Positions 32,869-45,711 of a DNA stretch of 64,000 bases are shown piece after piece (position 1 is the stretch's first letter; the number at the start of each line of letters is the position of its first letter). Made by a program: the position numbers and the translations under genes. This DNA is from the human T2T-CHM13v2.0 reference genome, Homo sapiens, in NCBI RefSeq assembly GCF_009914755.1, contig NC_060925.1. One strand, written 5' to 3'. A model generated the notes under the pieces. That model ran no database searches and had not been told where the DNA came from. It was given only the letters and a program-made list of their open reading frames with translations.

Positions 32869-32927
32869 ATTTAAGCCTTAAAAAGAGTAGGTTTTAACAT
32901 TCTCATCTTGAATAACTCATGCGCTGA

Positions 32928-33272
<345 letters not shown>

Positions 33273-33296
33273 AATTTTTTGTTTCTTTTATGCACC

Positions 33297-33776
33297 GTAT
33301 AGGGGAAGAAAAATATCTTTTTCTTTTACCAGTCTTGGATTCATTGGCTGGGGCCCTTTACAAGACAGATGCACAAGACAAAACCGTACAAATTTAGTTA
33401 ACGTAAGTTTTATTTGACACAGGAGCCTTCATAAGGAAATGAAGACCTGAAGTAGCTGAACCTGAGTGTTTTTATTCTAGTTTTGATGAAGGGGAAGATT
33501 GTAGAAGAATTTAATAAGATAAAAAGTATGAGCTAACTGTAATAAACTGGGGGAAACTTAGCAAGGCCTGTTTGTTCACATTCTTCTTGGCGTCTGTGTC
33601 TATGTTCCTTTCCTCCCAGTGTGGGGAGGGTACCTCTCACAGAAGAGTCTTATGACTGGCATCAGGGGAGGGTCACCAAGTCTTTCCTGTACATGCTGTT
33701 TATCAAATTCATTCATCTCGAAGTATTCAGTATGCCAGGTACTGTATTTTGGGGTAGCATGTCCTAAACCCTCATC
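33297..33776 (-). mobile_element. MER34-type ERV1 solo LTR
   Basis: Minus strand begins TGATGAGGGTTTAGGACATGCTACCCCAAAATA. Confidence 0.7.
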
Positions 33777-34259
33777 AACTGACTTTCATTTCAAAAGCTT
33801 TTAAATCCCCTGTGATAAAAGGTACAGTTTGTAATGTATGCAACCATACTTAGAAATCTAAAAACTGATAATAGGATTTGGCAGGGGGGTACCCCATATT
33901 GATTACATATGTTTATCTAGTGCTTTGATCAAAATTGTTTCCCTTTGAAAAATACAGCAGTGTTGACTTTGGTGGGGCGGTGGGCGGGGGGTTGTTCCTG
34001 CTTACATGTCTGCTGAAGCATAGTATTTTAAGGTTTTGTTTTCTTTATTTATAGATAATTTAAAAGCTGACTAGTTACCCTCTCCTTAGAGGCTTTGTAA
34101 GTGCATTCTTATCAGTAAGATACATGTTTACTATATGACTCAGCTAGATTCTATATAGATAGTGTCCTTGTATCATTACCAGTACCATATAAAAATACTA
34201 TATGGATATATAGGGTTGAAAACATAATTTATTTTCTTTCCATTTTTAGATTTTTAGTT

Positions 34260-34660
34260 GAGACATTCTCTTGAAAACAAAAGTCAGATTAACAAAAGAA
34301 AAAGAAGTTTATTAAAGTGTGCTGTACCTATCACTTGGGAGAGGCCTCAGTTCAAAAGTGTATCTCTTTCAAGGCAGTGGCATGGGGGACTTGCTTAAAT
34401 AGTATCTTAACAAAAAGCCAGAAATTCTATATAGTGACAAGACAAAAAAGATTTATCTTCAGGCTTCCAAAAGGTGGGGTAATATGGGAACACATATTTA
34501 CTACTGCTGTCTCTGAGCTGATAAGCAGTGTTGCAAAAGGGGCCTAGCTTTAGGTGAGAAAGGCAGCGAGAAGGGGTGGGCAAAGTGTGCCCGTTTTGTT
34601 AAGCTTTTAACTTAAACTAAAATCCCCAGTATTTTAGAGAGGAAAATTTTGTTTTCCTCC
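34260..34660 (-). mobile_element. MER4-group LTR fragment
   Basis: CAAAAGTCAGATTAACAAAAGAAAAAGAAGTTTATTAA motif. Confidence 0.5.
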
Positions 34661-36269
34661 AGATACTTAACAGTTTATAAATCTAGTGTTCTAAGAAGTA
34701 TGTTAAAAAAAACACCTTATTCCTGCTTCCATGTGAATTATATTACCTATGAAGCATCATTGTACATTTATGTAAATTCACATTTGCTAAATCACACTGA
34801 GGGAAAGCTTAATATAATCATTTCATCATTATATAATCCATTCAGTATGATTGCATTTCCTCCTGATGCAATTTGATAAACTTGTGTTTGTATAGCTGCA
34901 AGATAATGTTCCACAGATAATGCAGTTTTATACATTTTATTTTCAATGCTTTTTAGTGGGTGTATGTGTATGCTATGTAGAGAAATTAGATGAAGTTTCT
35001 CTTAACTTCATTATGGGCAACAAAATTCCTTGGCTTTGTTACAGTTTACTAGGCCCCATAGTGAAAACACCTCTGAGTGTAGGCCAATTCTAGAATACAA
35101 AATTACTTGTGATCAGAGCTGTAATATGAGATTGAAATTTGTTACACAAAGAGGTTACTATCCTTTTTTTGAGGATAATTAAACAATTTGTTTCTTTAAA
35201 ACAAATTAATAGTGATTGTTTCAGGATAGTATAAAGTACAATTTAATCTTTAACAGTGAGAGAGGCTTTGTAGTGGGGTCTCAGTGGTTAAGTCCAATTC
35301 TGGGACAAGTAAAAATGTTTTAGGGTCTTATTACAGAATGAAAACTATATTGTTTCTTAAGGAATTTAATGAACTAAAAAACATTTTTGCTTAACACTCT
35401 TGATTTGTAGTACATCGACCAAGTATCTTCATTTAACAGAAAGTACATACTTTTGTTAAATAATGAAGTTTTCTGGAAATCTGTTAACTAAGGGTACTTA
35501 GAGTAGGAATGTGAATATTTCAAATTTCAAATCATCCTTTTCTTATGACAAAACTCTTTTTGTGGCATTACACTGCTTTAGAATAAAGTTCATTAATGCT
35601 TGCTTAAAAAAACATAAGGGGTACTGTATGTGTCAAAAATAAAAAGTTGGAACTTCATAAAATTATAGGATTTTTTTCTTCCTTTCCCACCTCTACTGTT
35701 TTGTCATTGCTCTTTGAGATGAAAGAGTCTAAACCTGTATGTTTATTTAACTGTTGGATTTCTTGTTTCTCAATTAGGAAATGAAAGCAAAAATCTACAC
35801 TTGATTTTATAATTGACCTATTTGTTTTCAAAAGTATGCACATAAATGTCAAAATTTAAGTCTAATGTAAGCTATTTACCCTAAGCATTAACATATCTGT
35901 GTAAAAATGGTTACCCATATTGCATGTTTAATTACCTTGGTGTTTAAGAGCTCTGATGAATATTAATAATTTACCAGGATTTGATCTGGAATTATTTTCA
36001 CTCTGTGATATTAGAAAACTCTTAAAAACACCAACATTATGTTTTATTTCTGTCACTACATAGCAATTCCTGGGCAACATAGAGGTGACATGAAGAGTAA
36101 GAGAGAAAGGGGATTAGATGTCGACACTTGGGATTGAGCTGTTAGAAATAGTATGTTTGTCTAAAGAGAGGAAATGAAATTTTTTTTCTTTTTTCTATGC
36201 ATAAGAAATGAAATTTTGTGGGGTAGGTGAGGAGATCTCTGGTTTGTGATCTTCTTTATTGACTTAATG

Positions 36270-36545
36270 CATTCTTTCAATATCTATAGGAAGTTATGTC
36301 AGTAACTGGTAGATAAATTCTGGCATTACATACCAAACAGGAGAGACAAGCTTCTGCCTTCATTGGAGCTTATATTCTCTTTAGGGATAGCAAAAAAAAA
36401 TAAGTAAATAAGACAATTTCATTGACTAGTAAGTGCTATGCCAGAAATAACAGAGGGTAGAGTGATAAAGAATGATTGGTGGAGTGATTTTAGATTCAGT
36501 GCTCTGGTAAGGTCTCTGAAAAGGTGATAATTAAGATGATGAGAA
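36270..36545 (-). mobile_element. L2 fragment
   Basis: CTGCCTTCATTGGAGCTTATATTCT...AAGTGCTATG...GGTCTCTGAAAAGGTGA. Confidence 0.6.
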
Positions 36546-36771
36546 AGCACCAAGTGGTGGCTGGTTTCTTAAAATGAGGTATTAAATTACCTAGATCAAC
36601 ATATTGGATAAAATATATAATATTTAAATGCTTTAAACTCTTAAGCTCTAAAAAGATAGCCATTTTTTTAATGATAGCCTGTAACTAGGTAGGGACAGTA
36701 GATAAGGATGGTTTAATGCTGTGCAGAAAAGGAAAACGAAATGGAAAGAGATTTTTAAAAGAAGTACCAAA

Positions 36772-37161
<390 letters not shown>

Positions 37162-37229
37162 TCATACTGTCCCCCAAAGCAAATGTAAGCCTCTACAGAT
37201 GAGACATATTATCCTAGACCTCAGTGAAC

Positions 37230-38000
37230 CCCTACAATTACATTTTCCAGCAAGTAGTCAAAGATAACAAAGCATATGGAGAAACAGACAACTGAAGGAG
37301 AACCAGCAAAAAGAGACAGCAGAATTGGAATTCCATAGACTTGGGATATTAAAAATATTAGACACATATTTAAAATAACTATGCTTATGAATTATAATAC
37401 ATATGAAGATATCTCCAAGGAAATCACAAAAAGCAGCATAGCAGATTTGAAAAGGAACCAGACAAAACTTTTGGAAATGAAAATCCCAGTAACTGAAATT
37501 TAATAAGCCTGGTTTTGTGTTGAGTACTTTGTATCAAATGAATTCTCCTACTGAAACCTTATAAACGTTAGGCCATATATATATATACAACAGCTATTTG
37601 AAAGCCTTGGAGAGCAGCCGGTGTAGGTTCGACTTGAGGGTCTGTGATTCTTGAGAAAAGAGAAGCTCATGAAGTGATCTCCATATTTATTCTGGTCTTT
37701 TCCTTGAGGGAATTTTCTAATTCTCAGTGCCAGATGGAGATCAAGCAAAAAGAAGGAGTTTTACATGGCTAAGGAGCCCAGAGAGGCTGGTAACGGAGGC
37801 CTAATCGTGGGGGTTGGGGGTGAGAGGAGAACTGCAGAGAACTGAATATTCTGCACATAATATCTGCATATAAGTTCTCCTTCAAGTATGGTAGTTTAAT
37901 CACTACCCAGGCCCAGGGCAGGATTTCTGGAAACCCATCTGATAACAGTGACTTTGAGGCTTAAGAGCTGAGCAGAAATTTCAGCAACTTTGAAATACAG
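37230..38000 (+). mobile_element. Ancient L1M 5'/ORF1-region fragments
   Basis: GCAGATTTGAAAAGGAACCAGACAAAACTTTTGGAAATGAAAA-type ORF1 coiled-coil motif; degraded. Confidence 0.45.
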
Positions 38001-38243
38001 ATTGAGTTCGAATGCATAAGATAACTAGTAATTGGTACACTGAAGCCATTATCTAAAAAGTATATCCTTTATGATATATTCACCTGTGTAAATTGTGTTC
38101 TTAAAAGCTAAAGATGAAAGAGAATTTGTTTAAAGAAATACAGTAATAGGCTAAGTTCTGTGATCTTTATCTTATATGGAGGAGTAAGGCTGTGTCCCAA
38201 ATGCAAATACAGCTTCAGGTATTTGAGATTAAATTAAGAAAAT

Positions 38244-38597
38244 ACAGTAGTCCCCTCCTTATCCATGGGGAATATGTTCTAAGACCCCCCAGTAGATGCC
38301 TGAAACCACAGGTAGTACTGAACTCTATGTGCAGTGTCAGTTAATCTGATAAAAGTGACTGTGTGGGTGGGGAGGGAAGGGTAGCACATACAGCATGAAT
38401 GCACTGGCAAAGGAACAATAATGTCCTGAGTGGGACAGTGTGGTGTACGATTTCATCACACTACTCAAAATAGTGTGCAATTTAAAACTTTTGAATTCTT
38501 TATTTCTGGAATTTTTCACTTAATATTTTCAGACTGTGGTTGACTGTGAATAATTAAAACCATGGGTCGTGAAACTGCAGATGAAGGAGGCCTACTG
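38244..38597 (-). mobile_element. MER44A-type Tigger relic
   Basis: TA|CAGTAGTCCCC...GGCCTACTG|TA terminal inverted repeats. Confidence 0.85.
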
Positions 38598-38652
38598 TAT
38601 TACACCTTTGATCATAATTGTCCACTATCTGAATGAAGCAATATATGATTCT

Positions 38653-38697
38653 TACTAACTTTTCACTTGCTGTACCAGATTGCTACAGAAGGTAAGA
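38653..38697 (+). other. Candidate microexon with splice signals (13 nt at 38679-38691, or 3 nt at 38689-38691)
   Basis: TACTAAC (38653-38659), pyrimidine tract, CAG|ATTGCTACAGAAG|GTAAGA. Confidence 0.35.
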
Positions 38698-39437
38698 CCT
38701 ACTTAGAGGTCAAGGATATCCTTGTGTTGGTCCATACATAATTCTTTAAGTCATCTTTGTTTTTATCTTGCTAAGGGTTTCCAATATATCTTTGTTCTTA
38801 TATATAAACAGCTTTTAAATGCTTAGGAAAATTTGATGTAAGTACTAAAATGTCCTCAGGATTGACCAGTACATTTAATGCATGACCAAATACATTCAAC
38901 ATCCACAGGAACATACAGCATTCAGGAGCTTGTTTTTTATAGGTCATTGAATTTTCTACAGAGCTACTGCTGAGAATTATTTTTTAAAGTAATATGCTTG
39001 TCTCAAATATGCTTGTCTAAGTCAGTAAGTCCATTTCACTAGAAAGTTTCCAGGCAGTAAATAAAGCAATACACTGAGCGAATTTTTATTGTCTCGAGTG
39101 ACATAATGTCTCTAGTTTTCTTACAGTTCACAGTGGTTTTACTACAGAAGCACAACAGTCATTCCTGTTCTCTTAGTGGAATTATTCATGGCTTTTAATA
39201 AGGTAGATTTTATTATGTTTCAAGATCTTGAATTTTTTTAGGCTTCTGTTTCCATACACACACGTACACATTTAATATGGCTTTCTGAAGTACCTTTAAA
39301 TCAGAATTTATCTTACTTTTGCTGTGTTTAAAGCATTTTCTATTGAACTTTTCAATGAAATTCAATAAATGTAATATTTTTCAACTTTCCCAAAAATTTA
39401 ATATTAAGGCTGATTTATAGAAATTCATCTAAAACTT

Positions 39438-39600
39438 TGCTACTCAAACTGTGGTTCATGGACTAGCACTCTTTGGCCATCACATGGGAGCTTATTAGAA
39501 ATGCAGAATCCTCCTCCTCCCCCATGCTGTCACTTACTGACTCATAATCTGCATTTTAATAAGCTCAGGTGATTCATATACACATTTAAGTTTGAGAAGT
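39438..39600. mobile_element. MER5A relic
   Basis: GCTACTCAAACTGTGGT...TTAGAAATGCAGAATC...TAAGTTTGAGAAG. Confidence 0.75.
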
Positions 39601-39781
39601 GTAGATCTACAGATCTAAAAGCTTATTTACTAGTGCTTATACTTCATCTAGTTAACCCTCAAAGGGAAAGAGCCCTGTGTTTTAGAAAATGTATACCACA
39701 GCATGAAAGATCAAGGTATTTTAAAAGGTTTCTAGGAATATCTTAGAGGCTGATATAATCTGTTCTTTTTGGAAACAATAA

Positions 39782-40090
<309 letters not shown>

Positions 40091-42236
40091 TTTTATTTTC
40101 TTCTTAGTGGTTTTACCATGTCATTTGTTATATCCCTTTCTTTTTGTTTATCTATTAATAATCTAGGTACACATCTTCAGTTTCAGCTCTTTTCTGTAGA
40201 CTTTTAAAACCAATGTCTGTTCTCTCTCCCATTTGACTCAATTTATATTTCTGACATTTTCCATATCCAAAAAGAATATATCGTCATTCTTTTCAAATTA
40301 TGCTTTCCCCCCCAACTTACTTTTGTTAATCATACATCTGTTTTAGGCCTAGTAAAGTCAAATATTCTGCAAGAGTCTTTTCACAGCTTTTCTAATACAC
40401 AGTGATTTTTCCTTTCTTTGTTCCTGTAACCCTAGAGTAGGTATGGAATTCACGTCATTAACCCAACTTTCTATTTCCACGTTATTTGTACTTCTGATAA
40501 TAAAGTTTCTGACAATAAAATATGTTCTTGGAATGCCTCTTTGTAAATGGCAGTAATATTCCAAATGATTAGTTATGCCAAAAAAAGGGAGAAAATAGTT
40601 ATGCCAGCAAGTACACCTTGCCTGTTGGTTGAATGTAAACATTAATTTTTTTGTTTCTGTGTTTTCAGTTAACAGGGTTGGTTATGTAGTAACCAACTCC
40701 TAGCAAATCTTGACTCATTAAAAAAAAAAAAAACTAAATGAAAATCCCAAAAGTAGTACAGTTCTTATAAAGCAAATAATGAGTAGTCTTACCTTTAAGT
40801 ACATAAGAAGTGGACTTAAAATTGATGCTTGAGACCTTATCAAATGTACAGGTAATCATTTCTTAAAGCTGTATTGGATTATACAAATGTAAACTAATGG
40901 AATACTAACTTAAAAAACACAATTTTAAGACTAAGGAACATTGAAGATTATCATCCCCTTATTTTAATGTAATGGAAACTGACACAGCAATTAAATGCCT
41001 GTTTCTAGTATTTCTTACCAAAAAGTATGTAGAACATATCTCTCAGCTTTTGAGTTTTAGTCTAAAGTCCAGAAGCTCCAAGATGATAAATTTCCAAATT
41101 ATGCCCACTTCAAATAGGGAATAAAACTTGGACTAAGTGGCGTCTGGCATCAGACTGCATGTGAATAGTTTTAACGCAAAAGACTTCCTGTTCCAAAAAA
41201 ATGATCCAAAGAGTAGAATGTAGTTGGTAGTTTGCCCTAATCAATTGTTGGGGACATCTAGAGTTGTGCATTTGAAAGCTTGTAAGACTTTGCCCAGTTT
41301 CACTCTATGCATGTTTTCTACTATTGTTTTCTTTATAGGGCATGACAGTCATTTACCTTTTATAGCTTTTGTATGCTTCAGCTATGTAGCACAGTGGGAA
41401 CATACACAATTTTGCACTTGGGAAAGTACTACCCTGTTTTCTGGGTTATAACTACTGAAACAATTTTACCAGTTCTACCCTCAGTTTCTGTTGAGGAGTA
41501 GCCAAACATGCCTACTGTTCTAGAGATATTTAAGATACCAGTCCCTCAGAATCAAAATTAATGCCTGCAGTATATTGGTTTCCAGGGTTTGTTGCTTTGT
41601 AGTGGTCAGGTATCCAGAAGCTTCATCTTAAGTATAATGGAAGAAAGCTTTTGTTTTTATACAAGTGGATATAACCCTGATAATGTTGTATATCACTTTG
41701 AGAAATAGGAAAAATAGCTGAAAAATGAGAGCAAAAATATTTTAAAATCTTTATTTTTCCAAAATGCCAAAATGTTGTGTGGAGATAATCAGGAGAAGAG
41801 AGGTGCTGTATGTGAATACCTTTGGATTTACTGTACACAGGCTACTCCTCATAATCCATTGCTTATCTTTTTGAACCAAGTTCCTATCTCCCCAAAATAC
41901 CATGTAATCTTCGGGTTAAATTTTGTTAATATTATAAGTTTCAAATCTTTATTTACTTTTGGGGGATAAAAAAGTCTGTTGTAGTGGTTGTTTTCCAAAT
42001 TTTCCTTGCCCTGTCATTTTTTATGTGGGCTATCTGCGAAGGAGAAAATTTGTAATCTAAATTTAATAAAACTTCAAATATTTAAATGGTTTCTAAAAGT
42101 CCAAGACAGTTTTCCTCTGAAAATTAAAAGAGCCTTCTAGAACTTTAGAGCTCAGAATTAAAGAACTTTAAAAATAAAGTATTACTTTTAAAAAGACTGT
42201 TTATGAAAAGTTGTTATTGTGGTATTACTATTGTAG

Positions 42237-42826
<590 letters not shown>

Positions 42827-42924
42827 GACTATTGTATTTTTAAAATAACAACTGCCTCTAAATTTTTTGGTAGGTGAGATAACTTTGTATGTAGCTACTA
42901 TTTAGACTGTTAAATGTTAAACCT

Positions 42925-43250
42925 AGCCAGGCGCCATGGCTCACGCTTGTAGTCCCATCACTTTGGGAGGCCAAGGCTTGCAGATTGCTTGAGTCCAGGA
43001 GTTCCAGACCAGCCTGGGCAATATGGTGACACCCTGTCTTTACAAAAATTACAAAAAAATTAGCAGGGCATGGTGGTGTATGCCTGTAGTCCCTGTTACT
43101 TGGGAGGCTGAGGTGGGAGGATCACCCAAGCCTGGGAGGTTGAGGCTGCAGTGAGCTGTGCTGTGATTGCACCACTGTACTCAAGCCTAGGTGACAAGAG
43201 TGAGACCCTGGAGACTTTGTCTCAAAAAAAAAAAAAGAAAAAGAAAAAAA
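42925..43250 (+). mobile_element. AluJ
   Basis: Alu dimer; TSD GTTAAACCT. Confidence 0.92.
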
Positions 43251-43255
43251 AGAGT

Positions 43256-43331
43256 TAAACCTCTGTGTCTCATTCACTATGTAGTTTGGTTTTTTTACAC
43301 AAAAGTCTATTTTTTTCATTGCCCTTTTGAC
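43256..43331 (+). repeat. 76-bp segment duplicated at 45030-45105
   Basis: Core TCACTATGTAGTTTGGTTTTTTTACACAAAAGTCTATTTTTTTC identical; 7 mismatches over 76 bp. Confidence 0.92.
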
Positions 43332-44218
43332 CAAAAAGTTAAAAATTTTCCCCCCCGCTGACTACCTTGTATAGGTCCCCTTTTTGGTCACCTACAACCC
43401 TGAAAATCCTTGACTCCTGATCGGACGTTTTGGGAGTCATCTAAAGCCATTTGGGAATCATTGATTAGTCTAGAATGTAGATATGGAACAATGGCTCTTG
43501 CAACTTTTTAGCAGTGGAACTATTTAATTAAAATCTGTCATAGAAACTTAGGATGTATAAATGTACAACACATAAGTGAACTACTCTTCTCTCGAAGCAA
43601 TAGGTGCAGAGGTTGGATTTGGGCCCTATCTACTTGTATAAGCAAGGGGTGCGTGTGGCCCACGCCCTGATGGCTCCACAGATCCCAGTCCAGACTAGAA
43701 GATGGCGTCTGTAATAAGTGATGAATCAGGTGAAGAAGGATCTTTGAACAGGGAAAGCAAAGTATTGGTGCCTCATAAGTTTTGAAGAAACCCTTGACTG
43801 GCTGTGATTAAAGTAGAACATAAGATTAAGTCAAAAGCTCTTTAAGATGCATTTTATCTGTTTTGTGTTAGGTATGAAATTAGTTTAGGCTAAGATTCAG
43901 GAGAAAAAAATAGAATAATGTTTACACATTGTTAAACATTAGTATTCATACTAAATGGGATTTTATGTGCAGTTAACTAAAGCTAAAAAATAATTTTTGA
44001 ATGTATACAGTATTCATGAACAAAAACCAGTTAGTTTTTGTTTTTATGAATAGCATTGTAAAGTTCAGTGCTTACGTTACCATTAACCTATTTAATCAGA
44101 TGCACTTAGAGTTGCATATTCTGGGTTTGTGTTAGAACAAAAAGCGTCAATTTTTGTAATTTCTTTTATGCTTCTCTCTTGAATTTTGTTTGATGCTCTT
44201 TATAGACCCTGTCAAATA

Positions 44219-44565
44219 CAGTCAGCTCCCTGTACCCATTGGTTCCGTACCTGGATTCAACTAATCACAATAAAAAATATTCAGAGAAAGGATGGTTGCT
44301 TCTGTACTGAAGATGTACAGACTTTTTTTTTTCTTGTCATTATTCCCTGAACAATACAGTATAACAACCATTTACATAAAATTTTCATTGTATTAGGTGT
44401 AATAAGCAACCTAGAGATGATATAAGTATACAGGAGGATGTGTGTAGGTTATATGCAGATATTATACAATTTAATATAAGGGACTTGAGCATCTCCTCTG
44501 AAGTTTGGTATTTGCCAGAGTTCCTAAAACCAATCTTCTGTGGATACTGAGGGACAGACAACTCT
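44219..44565. mobile_element. MER2 (Tigger-derived) relic
   Basis: CAGTCAGCTCCCTGTACCCATTGGTTCC...GGATTCAAC...GGATACTGAGGGAC. Confidence 0.85.
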
Positions 44566-44695
44566 ATGTAATTGTTTGTTTTTTAGTCCTCAGCTAACTT
44601 GTTACATTTTTTAACAATAGGATTCTCAATATGTGGCTAAGGAAAATGTTTATGCCACCAAACATAGCTTCTGAATCTTTTTTGTTGTTCATTTA

Positions 44696-45047
<352 letters not shown>

Positions 45048-45409
45048 TCACTATGTAGTTTGGTTTTTTTACACAAAAGTCTATTTTTTTCCTTACCCTT
45101 TTGACATATATATTTATATATAACATTGTTAAGGGGCTGTTAGAGGAATGCATCATACAGCAAGTACTGTTTATAAGCAGAGAAATATTTACTCTGTATT
45201 AGAGTCACTGTCATCTGAAGAATGACAAAGTAAAATTTTTTGTGCCAGTTTGAGTGTATTCCCTGAACTAATTCCATCCATAGTTTGATACGAGAATATA
45301 AAAGACAAAATATCCTTTCTAGAAATATTCACAGTGCACTCATGGTGAACACTAACACTAAAGGTGCTATAGAGCTTCAAGTTTTTTGAAGAATATTAAG
45401 AGTGACAAG

Positions 45410-45711
45410 GAGGCTTAGGAGTCATATAGTGCATATTCTCAACCAATATAGAAATCCAGGCCATATCGTTTTTGATATCAGTCCCCTGCTTAAAATTTCT
45501 ACAAATGGTAACATTAGTAAAGGACAATCTATTTCATTTTTAATTAGGTCATCCTTGGAAATAATAGTTTGAATAATTAATTGAACAAAAAGTGCCTGTT
45601 ATTTTCCATTCCATGGTCCCAGTTTTGACCTCTGCAGTTAAAAGTTTAAGCCTAATCAGCTTTCCACAGGATGGCAGTTGCATGTTTAAAGATAGTTATC
45701 ATGTCCCTCTG
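45410..45711. mobile_element. CR1/L3-like ancient LINE fragment
   Basis: CCATGGTCCCAGTTTTGACCTCTG...TTAAAGATAGTTATCATGTCCCTCT resembles the L3 3' region. Confidence 0.4.
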
